Origin: a virus
Lineage: Duplodnaviria > Caudoviricetes
DNA: 32,700 bases
Reading direction: 5' to 3' (one strand)
Virus record (IMG/VR): IMGVR_UViG_3300018024_000018
Location: 1 to 32,700 of that record
The notes under the pieces were generated by a model. The model saw only the letters and a program-made list of their open reading frames with translations. It had not been told where the DNA came from and did not search any database. Positions 14,922-24,615 of this stretch are shown here, one piece after another. Within the stretch, counting starts at the first letter, position 1; each line of letters opens with the position of its first letter. The translations under genes were made by a program, and so were the position numbers.

Positions 14922-15480
14922 ACATGTAATGCTTCACATCGAAACATTAGGTAAAGGAAACTATGCTTGCGTCACTTCTCTCAGTGCGGTTAAGTTTGAT
15001 CCGAACGATCGAACCGAATGGGGTGGTGAGCCGCTTAAACCTTCGAAAGAGATGGACAAGTTTTACGTCGACATCGACCTTGAGTCCGCTCAGAAGATCG
15101 GCCTGCGCATCGATGCCTCTACCGTTCTACGGTGGATGGCTCCAGAAAGGGAGGCAGCGCGCCAAGCGCTCATTCTGGGCGAGCGCGTGGACATACGGTC
15201 TGCGCTTGACGGCTTCAGCCAATGGTATGGCCCGCATCCCCTACCAACTTGGGGCAATGGAGCGGCGTTCGATAATGTGATCGTGCGTAACGCTTTCGAG
15301 TTATTGGATATGGACTGTCCCTGGAAATTCTGGGATGACCGCTGCTATCGCACAATGAAAGCTTGTTTCTCTGCTTCAAGACCGCCGAATATTGGTAGTC
15401 TTCAGACTGCTCTTGATAACACGGTTTGGCAGGCACAGTATCTTCAAAATATAGTAGCTCGATTGGGAGTCAAATTATGA
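14914..15480 (+). CDS. DEDDh 3'-5' exo(ribo)nuclease-family protein (Rv2179c/DUF5051-like) with a degenerate active site
   Basis: HVML[H]IETLG, IDASTV-RW, WGNGAAFD, PWKFWDDRCYRT, [Q]TALD[N]TVWQA; GGAGGAG SD. Confidence 0.85.
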   Translation: MSEHVMLHIETLGKGNYACVTSLSAVKFDPNDRTEWGGEPLKPSKEMDKFYVDIDLESAQKIGLRIDASTVLRWMAPEREAARQALILGERVDIRSALDGFSQWYGPHPLPTWGNGAAFDNVIVRNAFELLDMDCPWKFWDDRCYRTMKACFSASRPPNIGSLQTALDNTVWQAQYLQNIVARLGVKL

Positions 15481-15668
15481 AAGAGCAGGAATTCACGGTT
15501 GGCGATAAGGTTCGCAAGTCCTATGGTTATCTTTTTAGTGGGGTAATCGTGTCAGTCTTCAAGACTCTTGGAGAGGGACAGCGAGTAGTCGTTGAATGTA
15601 CGGTAGCGGGCGCAAACGGCATTCTTCATATCTTCAACCCGAAGCAATTAGAGCACGATGATCAATGA
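15477..15668 (+). CDS. SH3-fold protein resembling DfrB/R67 dihydrofolate reductase homologues
   Basis: F-VGDKVRK--G--F-G-IV, VVE, LHIF----LE aligns with the R67 core (GDRVRKKSG--WQG-IV, VES, VQIY----LE). Confidence 0.6.
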   Translation: MKEQEFTVGDKVRKSYGYLFSGVIVSVFKTLGEGQRVVVECTVAGANGILHIFNPKQLEHDDQ

Positions 15669-16330
15669 CCCCTCTCCCCTGGTCGCCTAGCGCGCTTGAA
15701 CAATTCGTCAATTGTCCTCGTCAATTCCATGAAGTTCGTATTCTCAAATCTGTCAAGGATGAACCAGGAGAACAACAACTTTGGGGAATTAAAATGCATG
15801 AAGCGTTCGAGAAACGACAACGGGACAAAGAGCCGCTGCCCGAAGAACTGGCCATGCACGAGCCGTACATGCGGCGGATCGAGAGTTGGAGCGTCCGGCG
15901 TTTTACCGAACAGAAAGTCGCCTTGGATCGTCACGGACGACCTTGCTCTTTTTTCTCTTCCTCCGTCTGGTGGCGCGGTATCATCGACTTTATGAATATC
16001 GACGGATCGCTAGCGCGTCTCGTTGATTACAAGAGTGGCAAACCTCATGAAAAATGGCGACAACTTTCCCAATATGCGCTTTGGATGTTTGCCCAACATC
16101 CCGGCCTTAACCTTGTGGACGCTCGGTTCTATTGGACCCAGACAATGAGCGAGACACGCAAGGTATGGGATCGTAAGGAAATCTCTGAACTGTGGGTGGC
16201 GCTCATGCCTGACTTGCGACAATATGTCGCAGCCTTTAAGGAAGATATTTGGCAGCCAAGACAAAGTGGATTATGCGCGGGATGGTGTCCAGTTGAGAGT
16301 TGCGAGTTTTGGCGGGCAAGGAAATCATAG
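15665..16330 (+). CDS. PD-(D/E)XK exonuclease, Cas4/RecB-like with a Cys cluster
   Basis: WSPS-L--F--CP, G---H, GIID, DYKSGK, QL--YA and C-terminal LC--WCP---C. Confidence 0.9.
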   Translation: MTPLPWSPSALEQFVNCPRQFHEVRILKSVKDEPGEQQLWGIKMHEAFEKRQRDKEPLPEELAMHEPYMRRIESWSVRRFTEQKVALDRHGRPCSFFSSSVWWRGIIDFMNIDGSLARLVDYKSGKPHEKWRQLSQYALWMFAQHPGLNLVDARFYWTQTMSETRKVWDRKEISELWVALMPDLRQYVAAFKEDIWQPRQSGLCAGWCPVESCEFWRARKS

Positions 16331-16346
16331 GGAAGAGGAGTGTGTG

Positions 16347-16607
16347 ATGGTACAAACGCTTGAAGAGGTTGTAAACCTCGCTCATTACAATTCTGTCGCG
16401 TTCGGCACACATGATGTAGTTCCAGTCAATGGAGTAAGGTTTATCGAAGAACTACTCAGGGCTGGCTTTGTCATTATCCCAATTGAGCCAAATAATGCAG
16501 ACCTGCTCAATATGGCGAAAATACTTGCAGACTTTGGTGCTGGCAGGTTTGCGGTCGCAGCTGATACGTATGCTGCACTTGTCAAGCGCAGAAAGGAAGT
16601 CCGATGA
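16347..16607 (+). CDS. hypothetical protein (86 aa)
   Basis: GAGGAG SD before ATG 16347; ATGA overlap with the next gene. Confidence 0.7.
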   Translation: MVQTLEEVVNLAHYNSVAFGTHDVVPVNGVRFIEELLRAGFVIIPIEPNNADLLNMAKILADFGAGRFAVAADTYAALVKRRKEVR

Positions 16608-17059
16608 CCCCGAAGATTCAACTTAATTCGGATAGCTTGCTACCTGATTGGAAGCCGGCGAAGGGCAAGGTCTTTCGCATTGAGGCGGATGTCAAGAAGG
16701 AAATTCGTGCGTTACTTGACAAACATGGATGGTTCTGGTGGAACGTTCATGGCAGCGCTTACGCACAATCCGGCATCTCGGACATTCACGCCCTTCGCCA
16801 GGGTGTCTACATGGCGGTCGAGGGCAAGAAATTTCCAAATGGTCCAACAGAGTTGCAAAAGGGATTTCTTCGATCAATCGCCATAGAGAAAGGTTTTGCT
16901 TTTGTGGTTAATGAACGGCGGCTTGGTTGGTTCGCTGTGTTTCTCCAGGCATTCGATGCGGCACAGGCATCTGCGGCCAAAGAGGAAACTCCTAAACCGG
17001 AGGATGGCGCAGCTATGCTTAATGCGATGAAGATTCTTCAGGAGGACTTCGTGTCATGA
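16604..17059 (+). CDS. VRR-NUC domain nuclease (Holliday junction resolvase-like)
   Basis: E-DV---I---L, SGISD, AVEGK, PTELQ--F---I----G-A-VV. Confidence 0.88.
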   Translation: MTPKIQLNSDSLLPDWKPAKGKVFRIEADVKKEIRALLDKHGWFWWNVHGSAYAQSGISDIHALRQGVYMAVEGKKFPNGPTELQKGFLRSIAIEKGFAFVVNERRLGWFAVFLQAFDAAQASAAKEETPKPEDGAAMLNAMKILQEDFVS

Positions 17060-17253
17060 GCAAATTCAAGATGGGAGATCGAGTGCGCCTAAAGCCACCC
17101 ATATATGGCTACTATGATTCGAAAGATCATCCTGAAACATGGATGGGTACGGTCATGACTAAGCGCGTTACGTATACCGGTTGTGTGTGTGTTAGCTGGG
17201 ACGAAAAATTTTCAGACCTAATTTCCACTTCCTTTTTAGAGCTTGTCAAGTGA
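17056..17253 (+). CDS. small SH3-like hypothetical protein
   Basis: KFKMGDRVR...GTV...VSWD...LELV; AGGAGG SD; coupled. Confidence 0.7.
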   Translation: MSKFKMGDRVRLKPPIYGYYDSKDHPETWMGTVMTKRVTYTGCVCVSWDEKFSDLISTSFLELVK

Positions 17254-18853
17254 ATTATTTTGTCCATCCGGCCACACACAACCTAGCGATCCAGGTCGAT
17301 GATCCTTTTCTGATCCGTGACTTGGTGCCAGAGAGTCGGACTTTGATCCATCCGAATTACAACATTACCGTCCATCATACTTTCGATGTGGTGCGCGTAC
17401 TGCGTAACCTGGGTTATCAGGTGCCTGCACCTATCGATTTGGCCTACGATTGGCCCGGAAAATTTCTCCCGATGGCGCATCAGCGTGAGATGGTCAAATT
17501 CATGGTAGCGCACAACCGTTGCTTCAATCTCAGTGAGATGGGCACCATGAAGACCGCAGCGGCCTTGTGGGCGGCTGATAAGTTGATGAAGGAAGGATTG
17601 ATCAAGAAAGTGCTGGTAATCCCGCCCTTGTCGATCCTGGTGCGCGTTTGGCAGCAGGAGCTATTTGACGTGCTGATGCATCGAGTCTGCTCGATCGTCC
17701 ATGGCACGCGAGAGCAGCGCGCCGCGGCGCTGGCGGTCAATGCTGACTTCTATATCCTCAATCATGATGGTGTGGCAATTGGTCGCACCTACGGCCCGAG
17801 GAACCAATTCATGCTCGGTGAGTTGATGAAGTCGGTGCGCGATCGTCAGGATATCAATCTGGTCATCGTCGATGAAGGACAGGCGTTCCGCAACTCCAAG
17901 ACCGATCGTTATCGAGCCTTGAAGGCTATGTTACGTCCGGATCAGCGTGTCTGGTGGATGACAGGCGGCCTTGTCCCAATGCGCCAACCGACGCCTGGGC
18001 GCAAGCAAGGATTATCTGTCCTGAACGTGTGCCTACATTTTTCGGCAGCTTCCGGCGCGAGACAATGATGGAGATTAGTGAACATAGATGGAAGCCGCGA
18101 GTTGGGTCGTCTCTGTTAGCCTTCAATGCCATGCAGCCGGCGATCCGGTTCATGAAGAAAGACTGTATCGAGTTGCCGCCGGTCGTCACCATCAATCTGG
18201 ATGCACAGCTTACCAAGGAGCAGCGTATCGCTTACAAAGCCATGCATACTTTCATGGTGACCGAGGCCAAGGGGCAAAAGATCAGCGCGGTCAACGCAGC
18301 CGACAGGATCGGCAAGCTCCGGCAGATTTTATGTGGCAGTATCAAAGACCCGATAACCGGGGAGTATTTGACTTACGACCATGGGCCGCGGCTGGAGGTG
18401 CTGAAGGAAGTAATCGACGGCGCGAGCGCCAAGGTGCTGGTCGTCGTGCCCTTCAAAGGCATCATTGAGGCGCTGGACAAGGAGCTGTCAAAGGACTACA
18501 CTGTTGGAGTTCTGAACGGAGATGTGTCGATCAATGTCCGCAACAGAATTATCTCTGAGTTCAAGAATGGAGTCGACCCGCACCTCCTTCTCTGTCACCC
18601 CCGAGTCATGGCCCATGGGCTTAACCTCACTGAGGCTGACACTCTCATATTTTACGCGCCCATCTATTCGAACGACGAGACCCAGCAAGTTGTCGAGCGC
18701 TTTAACCGAGTCGGCCAGACTCGCAAGATGACCATTGCGCGCATCGGTGCGCATGCCCTGGAGTGGTCCATTTACGGCCTGATTGACTCAAGGAAAATTT
18801 CGCAGGATAGTATCCTGGATTTATATCGACGGACCATAGGAGAAGCCGCGTAA
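17250..18853 (+). CDS. SNF2-family helicase split by a -1 frameshift near 17967-17970
   Basis: HQ, EMGTMKT, VDE and MTG lie in the first frame; PCPN-P-D-W-Q, AHGLNLT and Q---R--R-GQ lie in the second. Confidence 0.9.
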
Positions 18854-19074
18854 TGCCGTTTCCGTTCAAGATCATCAAATCGCCACAAGGGTTTACTCGA
18901 CGGGACGCAGAAGCGCTTTGTGCAGTGATCAAGTATTACTGGGCCAAACGCCATCGGACAGTCGATACTTATATCGAAGAATTGGCTACTAAAAAAAGTG
19001 AGGAAAGCATAGCTAAGACTGCTTATTTTCCGCGATCGAACATGATTAATGGGTTGCCGGAGAGCATGAGGTAA
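18853..19074 (+). CDS. small conserved protein (I--YW---...RSNMINGLP family)
   Basis: TAATG coupling; C-terminal motif recalled from alphaproteobacterial phage/prophage proteins. Confidence 0.7.
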   Translation: MPFPFKIIKSPQGFTRRDAEALCAVIKYYWAKRHRTVDTYIEELATKKSEESIAKTAYFPRSNMINGLPESMR

Positions 19075-19084
19075 GGAGAGAACG

Positions 19085-19468
19085 ATGGACACCGAAAGAA
19101 TGACACGCACATTTGTCGCAATCCGCGACGCGCGCAAAGAGAAGAAGAAAGAATTCGAGGCTGAAGATAGAAAGTTAAAAGAACAGCAAGACCTGGTCGG
19201 CGGCTTTCTGTTAAAATATCTAAACGACAATAACCAGACCCTAGCACGAACTGAAGGCGGCACCTTCTGGAGAGAGGAAGAAATCATCCCGACCGGCGCA
19301 GATTGGACGGCGTTTTACGCCTGGGTCCGTGAGCACGATGCGTTCGAGTTTCTGCACAAGCGCATCACCGCTACTGAAGTGCAGAAGTATATGGAAGAGC
19401 ACGACGGAGCAATCCCGCCCGGCGTCAGCGTGTTTCGTAAGTACACCGTGAATGTAAGGAGAACATGA
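19085..19468 (+). CDS. conserved phage replication-module protein (coiled coil, Gp157/Gam-like architecture)
   Basis: N-terminal coiled coil, RT--GT, DW--FY-W, L-KR, PPGV; AAGGAG SD. Confidence 0.8.
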   Translation: MDTERMTRTFVAIRDARKEKKKEFEAEDRKLKEQQDLVGGFLLKYLNDNNQTLARTEGGTFWREEEIIPTGADWTAFYAWVREHDAFEFLHKRITATEVQKYMEEHDGAIPPGVSVFRKYTVNVRRT

Positions 19469-19665
19469 TGAACGATAAAGAAGTTGAAGTAGGGCAGGTC
19501 GTCTATCTTAATAGCGGTTCGCCTGAAATGACCATCGTTATTGTCGATGAGGTCAAAGGAAAAACGATGGTGTCTGTCGTATGGAGCACCCCTACTGAAA
19601 TATGTCAGGCAGGACCAATCCCTCCGAGCTGCATCACCACCCACAAACCTAAATTCACAACGTAA
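19465..19665 (+). CDS. YodC/DUF2158-family protein
   Basis: VGQVVYLNSGSPEMTI matches G-VV-L-SG-P-MT. Confidence 0.75.
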   Translation: MMNDKEVEVGQVVYLNSGSPEMTIVIVDEVKGKTMVSVVWSTPTEICQAGPIPPSCITTHKPKFTT

Positions 19666-19676
19666 GGAAATGAAAC

Positions 19677-20795
19677 ATGAGTAACGAACTGACCCTCTTC
19701 GAGCGACCGGCTGATCTCCCTGCGGAAGTCACAACGTTTCTCGACGAAGAGACCAATATCCCGCCGAAGCAGACCGTCCCATCGCTATCCTACGAAGGCA
19801 AGACGTGGACGATCAGCCTGGAGGGAGAGAAAACCAAGCTGATGCGCAAAAATGCCGATGGCGAATCAGAGCCGATCTCGACATTCAGCGTCATCATCCT
19901 GGACTGGAACAAGCGTCGTGGACGTTCCTACTATGAGGGCGCGTACGATCCGAACAAGCCGTTGCCGCCGGTGTGTTGGAGCGAGGATGGCGTCAAGCCT
20001 CACGACTCCATTACGGACCCGCAGTGCGCGACCTGCGCCAAGTGCCCTATGTCGGTAAAGGGCTCCAAGGTGACGGAGCAAGGCAAGGCTGTGGTTGCCT
20101 GTAGTGAGCACCGCATGATCGTCGTCGTGCCGGCGACCAAGCCCGAGTTCCAACCGCTACGTCTTAAGCTGGCACAGACCAGCGACTGGGACGGCCAGAG
20201 CCCGGACCAGGAAGCGCAAGGCTGGTACGCCTTCAAGAACTATACCGATATGCTGCGAACGCGCGGCATTATCCACACGGCCGAGATCGTCACCAAGATG
20301 AGGTTCGATCCTGACTCCACTTGGCCCAAGGTGATGTTCAAGGCTGACAAGCGCGTGGACACCCCCACGCTGTTCAAGTTGATCCCTGTGATCAAGAGTG
20401 ACGAGGTGAAAAAGCTGATGGCGGGTGGTTGGACGCCGGCCGGTGTCGATGGCGAGAAGATTGAAAAGGCCGAAGATACTGGAAAGTCAGTGCTCGACAA
20501 GCCGATTGACAAGGAAGCTGTGGAGAAAGCTGCGAAGGAAAAAGTGACGGCTGAGAAGACAGCCAAGAAAGCTGCCGCCGAGGCTGCTGCGGCGGCCAAG
20601 AGGGCTGCTGAGGAAAGCGATGAAGATGTGATCCTTCCTGGTGAGGGAGCGGCTCCAGCGGCAACGTCGCCCAAGGAAAAGGCTACCCTAAAGGCTGGAA
20701 AGGCCGCGGCTCCGAAGACCGAACCTGCGGCCACCTCGACCGACGCCCAGTTGGAAGCATTGATGCACGAGTGGACTCCTACGTCTTCGGAATAA
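19677..20795 (+). CDS. putative ssDNA-binding/annealing protein
   Basis: R-YY-G-YDP, P-CWS-DG--P, C--CP----GS, AC zinc motif, K/A/E-rich tail; lies between helicase and primase. Confidence 0.75.
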   Translation: MSNELTLFERPADLPAEVTTFLDEETNIPPKQTVPSLSYEGKTWTISLEGEKTKLMRKNADGESEPISTFSVIILDWNKRRGRSYYEGAYDPNKPLPPVCWSEDGVKPHDSITDPQCATCAKCPMSVKGSKVTEQGKAVVACSEHRMIVVVPATKPEFQPLRLKLAQTSDWDGQSPDQEAQGWYAFKNYTDMLRTRGIIHTAEIVTKMRFDPDSTWPKVMFKADKRVDTPTLFKLIPVIKSDEVKKLMAGGWTPAGVDGEKIEKAEDTGKSVLDKPIDKEAVEKAAKEKVTAEKTAKKAAAEAAAAAKRAAEESDEDVILPGEGAAPAATSPKEKATLKAGKAAAPKTEPAATSTDAQLEALMHEWTPTSSE

Positions 20796-20826
20796 GTAGC
20801 TCCTGAGCGTCAGTTCGTGTATGGTC

Positions 20827-20861
20827 CGCGCCCTGCCTAACCGCAGGGCGTGACTTTCTTT
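20827..20861 (+). terminator. probable intrinsic terminator after the SSB-like gene
   Basis: CGCGCCCTGC-CTAACC-GCAGGGCGTG followed by ACTTTCTTT. Confidence 0.6.
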
Positions 20862-20872
20862 GTGAGGCTCCC

Positions 20873-21325
20873 ATGGAAAATATTTCAAAAGCCAAACTTC
20901 TCGATCTCGCGAAGCAGGCCGTGGTCGACCGTGGTCTGAACTACGGCAAACCAGAGGACAATTTTGTTCGAATTGCCCGTCGTTGGCAGGTGCATTTTCT
21001 TAACCGTTACGGTATTTTCATTCAGTTCGATTCCACTGATGTCGCCATTATGTGCGTTGATCTAAAACTGGCACGATTGGATAATAATGCCGACCATCTC
21101 GACTCTTGGATCGATGTCGCTGGCTATGCCGCCTGCGGCGCGAATATCAACTGTGCTCCACGCATTACCGAAGACGATCTTAAAATCAGAGTAGGTAATA
21201 AGGATGATGAAGTAGACCAAAATGGACAATGGGTTGGCAGAGCGCCGCCGTCGGATAGTGGTCGGGCCTGGCTTAAAGAGGATGGAACTTACAAACCCGA
21301 AGACCTTGACGAGCCCGGCGACTGA
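20873..21325 (+). CDS. DUF6378-like protein (nucleotide-kinase-associated domain)
   Basis: DR---YG-PEDNF-RIA--W, DVA--M---KLAR, H-DSW-D-AGYAA. Confidence 0.85.
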   Translation: MENISKAKLLDLAKQAVVDRGLNYGKPEDNFVRIARRWQVHFLNRYGIFIQFDSTDVAIMCVDLKLARLDNNADHLDSWIDVAGYAACGANINCAPRITEDDLKIRVGNKDDEVDQNGQWVGRAPPSDSGRAWLKEDGTYKPEDLDEPGD

Positions 21326-21334
21326 CGTACGTCG

Positions 21335-24229
21335 ATGACTCCCCTTGAATTCCTGACCGCAGTATGGCCCAGCACGGGTATGTACTGCATTGCAACAAAG
21401 TCTGGTAAGAATGTCAAGGGTATGAAGCATGATGTCTTCGACATGATTGAAGACGCTGCGGCTTTTGTTGAGACAATCAAGGCCACCAAGGATGTCTGGT
21501 TCTGCGTTCATGCCTTGAAAGAAAGGCAAGTCAAGAATCCACATCATCATAAGAATAAAAAGACTGGAGAATTTGAAACTGGGTGGTCAGTGCGCATTCA
21601 CTTCAACATGCGTGCTGCCAGGGCAGTTTTTTTTGATCTGGATGTAGGTCTGGATAATCTAAAGAAGTATTCATCCATAAGCGATGCAGCGGCGGCGCTT
21701 AAGAAATTCGTTGAGGATACCGGTTTGCCACGGCCAATGGTTGTTGGGTCTGGTGGCGGCCTGCATGTTTACTGGCTCCTGGATCGGGAATTGATATCCT
21801 CTACCGAGTGGTTGACACAGGCATCGCGCCTGAAATTTCTGGCCCAACGATGTGGCCTTAAGATCGATCCTTCTCGTACAACTGACACTACTAGCTTGCT
21901 GCGCGTTGCTGGTACTCTTAATCTGAAAGAAGATTTGAAACGACCTGTAGATGTCAAGATAGTTTCGCCAGTCATCAACACAGACGAATTCATTGCCCAG
22001 CTTGCATCTTTGGCTCCTGACATTGCAGCGAAGGTGGAGAAGATTGAAGGGCTTGGGTCCAATATGCAGCCAGCTCAAGGGCTGCCCGATCCAAGCATCA
22101 AGGCGCTTCTTGACGTCTGTCCGGCAATGCGCCGTCTGGAGTTTCTTCATGGAGAATACCTATATCCGGAATGGTTCTGGGGTTTGATCGGTAACGTAAA
22201 GTTTGTGGAGAATGGACGTGATCTCATCCACCAAATGTCGCAACCCTCGTCGAAGTACACTCACGCCTACACAGAAGTTAAAATTGATGAATGGAAAACT
22301 GGACCGGTCAGTTGTGAAAAAGTTGAGGAGATGTGTGGGTCAAGAAATTGTATTGACTGTCCTTTTCGAGAGCAGCACAATCACCCAATCGTCCTTGCGC
22401 GAGTCACCGCCGAAGCACCGCCGATTATTATTAAAGAAATCATCGACAACGTAGTCATTGAGCGGATTATTCCAAAGATGCCAGCCCCATACATACGAGG
22501 GGAGAAAGGCGGTGTCTACATTCGAATGGAGGATGAGAAAGGAAGAACATATCTCAAACCCATCTATCCCTATGATTTCTTTCCGCTTGACCGCAGCACC
22601 AATATGGCGGCAGAGACAGAACAGCAGCTGTGGCGAGTGTGTCTACCTTTTGATGTAGTGCGAGATTTCACCGTTGATGCTACGACGTTCGCCACCGACC
22701 AGGCGTTGAGACCGCGACTACACAACGTCGGCATCTATCCCAGCAACTTCGCGGATGCGAGGCATTACATGCTTGCTTATATGCAGGACCTACTGAAAAA
22801 TAAACCAGTCAGCGTCCAGCACACTCATCTTGGCTGGACTGATGACCACACTGAGTTTGTGCTGCCGCCCAAAATTTGGCGTCCGGACGGTACGTCAGCG
22901 CCCGCGTCGCTCAGCTCCGTCGCGCGGAATGCAACGGATTATATTTGTAAGAAGGGGACTCTTCGCGACCAGGTTGCGGCGATGCACTTCTTTGATAATC
23001 CGGCCTACGTCTCAAATCAGTGCTATATTCTCAGTAGCCTGGGCGCGGTGCTAATGTTCCTTACCGGACATCACGGCCTTATCGTCCATGCCTCAGGCGA
23101 GACAGGGACCGCCAAGTCCACGACGTTGCTCACTGCCGCCTCTTTTTGGGGACCGCCTGATGAGTACACCCTTGACGCTCTTAAGGGCGGCTCGACCTTC
23201 CTTGCACGCACAACGCGCATGGACACTCTGGCCAATCTGCCTATTTGCCTGGATGAGATAACGAACATCACTTCTGATGTGGCGAAAGACATGGCGTTGG
23301 GCATCTCTCAGAAAGGCGGCGGCACCATGCGACTGACCCGCGGAGGAGACCCTAAGGCGATGATCGGCGGCACGCGCGCAACGATCATGCTGACAACAGC
23401 GAATCTCAGTCTGCATTCACTTCTGTCCATGAACAATATCGCTAGCACTGCGGCTTCCATGCGCGTCTTCGAGATCGCCTTCAAGCGCACCGGCGTCCAT
23501 ACAATTCCTCAGGCTGATGCTTTTCTTCAGGCCATTCGGGATAACTACGGTTGGATTGGCGAGATATTCGTCCAGGCAGTGGTGAAGTATCTTCCTATAA
23601 TTAAGCAGCGTATTGTCCGGGTGAAGGCGGAGTTAGGCATGGAAGCAGCGGCGACAGAAGAGGAGCGGTTCTGGTTTGCCAAGCTGGCCTGTGATCTCGT
23701 TGCCGGCGATATCGTCCGTAATCTAGAGCTTATCTTCTGGAATCTTCAACACATTCGGAAATGGGCAATTGAGTATCAAGTGCCTTACATGCGGTCTATA
23801 GTCAGAGGCGAGGCTAAGCTCAACGATCCTGTAGCTGTACTGACCGACTATCTTGAATCCATCAACGGAAATATCATCAAGCTCAACAGTGCTGGCGGCG
23901 GCAACCTCGGTGGTCAGGGTGTGTTGGGACCGAAAGGTGAGTTACTTGCGCATTGGAATGAGCACCTGGGCAATATGTATGTCTTGAAGCAAGGCTTTCG
24001 TAATTACTGCGAGCGTCGGTCATGCTATTCTCAGCACCTGCTTGGGGAACTGGTCAAGCAGGGAGTCGTCAAAGACCCTGATGTTAGACATGTTCTGGGA
24101 GCGGGCACTGAGTATGGCAAGGCCAGGTCTTGGTGTTTCCTGGTGGACATGAACCATCCTGAGTTGGCAGACGTGAAGCCCAAGCTGGTGAGTTCACTGG
24201 CGACACCGAAAGGATTGAAAATCACTTAA
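21335..24229 (+). CDS. primase-helicase (RepB/AEP-type primase, Cys cluster, DUF927 helicase)
   Basis: FFDLD, SGGGLHVYW, LLRV-GT-N, C---C-DCP, LGW, Walker A GETGTAKST, Walker B ICLDE. Confidence 0.92.
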   Translation: MTPLEFLTAVWPSTGMYCIATKSGKNVKGMKHDVFDMIEDAAAFVETIKATKDVWFCVHALKERQVKNPHHHKNKKTGEFETGWSVRIHFNMRAARAVFFDLDVGLDNLKKYSSISDAAAALKKFVEDTGLPRPMVVGSGGGLHVYWLLDRELISSTEWLTQASRLKFLAQRCGLKIDPSRTTDTTSLLRVAGTLNLKEDLKRPVDVKIVSPVINTDEFIAQLASLAPDIAAKVEKIEGLGSNMQPAQGLPDPSIKALLDVCPAMRRLEFLHGEYLYPEWFWGLIGNVKFVENGRDLIHQMSQPSSKYTHAYTEVKIDEWKTGPVSCEKVEEMCGSRNCIDCPFREQHNHPIVLARVTAEAPPIIIKEIIDNVVIERIIPKMPAPYIRGEKGGVYIRMEDEKGRTYLKPIYPYDFFPLDRSTNMAAETEQQLWRVCLPFDVVRDFTVDATTFATDQALRPRLHNVGIYPSNFADARHYMLAYMQDLLKNKPVSVQHTHLGWTDDHTEFVLPPKIWRPDGTSAPASLSSVARNATDYICKKGTLRDQVAAMHFFDNPAYVSNQCYILSSLGAVLMFLTGHHGLIVHASGETGTAKSTTLLTAASFWGPPDEYTLDALKGGSTFLARTTRMDTLANLPICLDEITNITSDVAKDMALGISQKGGGTMRLTRGGDPKAMIGGTRATIMLTTANLSLHSLLSMNNIASTAASMRVFEIAFKRTGVHTIPQADAFLQAIRDNYGWIGEIFVQAVVKYLPIIKQRIVRVKAELGMEAAATEEERFWFAKLACDLVAGDIVRNLELIFWNLQHIRKWAIEYQVPYMRSIVRGEAKLNDPVAVLTDYLESINGNIIKLNSAGGGNLGGQGVLGPKGELLAHWNEHLGNMYVLKQGFRNYCERRSCYSQHLLGELVKQGVVKDPDVRHVLGAGTEYGKARSWCFLVDMNHPELADVKPKLVSSLATPKGLKIT

Positions 24230-24615
24230 GGAAGCTTCACCCAGTTCAGGCTTCCAGGATCGACTAGGAAACGAGGCTTGTCATGTTCGCGAGCCCAATC
24301 CAATTCTGTGGCGATACCTGCGCTTTCCTTCCAGCCAGGCAATTTGGCGATTAATATTCCATGTGCGCTTTCGAAGAATGGCTTATCCACCCATAACCAG
24401 AAATCATCGGCTCGTGGGTCGGTGTCGCTCATAGTCTTGGCGACTGCGTGGCTGTGAGCAATAGGTGAAAAAACACGCACACCTTTCAAAAGTAACCGAC
24501 CGGCAAGCTCGCATGCTACACGCGAAGCATCATCAAGTCCATGCGGCCACTTAGAATAAGGCGTGCAAAGGTACCAATAACCCGACTTCAATTTCAAATC
24601 TAAGATGCTGCCCAT
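24226..24615 (-). CDS. DUF1937-family protein (nucleoside deoxyribosyltransferase-like fold)
   Basis: YLCTPYS, VFSPIAHSH, W---D, LPGWKES-G---E---A; start re-called at 24615 (TGATG overlap). Confidence 0.88.
   Translation of the reverse strand: MGSILDLKLKSGYWYLCTPYSKWPHGLDDASRVACELAGRLLLKGVRVFSPIAHSHAVAKTMSDTDPRADDFWLWVDKPFFESAHGILIAKLPGWKESAGIATELDWAREHDKPRFLVDPGSLNWVKLP

Noticed and set aside
15500-15518. Fourth copy of the operator palindrome (GGCGA-N6-TCGCAA)
   Set aside because: Spacer is 6 rather than 7, the left arm is degenerate and it lies mid-gene.
17954-18068. Two independent overlapping helicase genes as drawn by the ORF track
   Set aside because: The break falls inside conserved motif III, so a single frameshifted gene explains it better.
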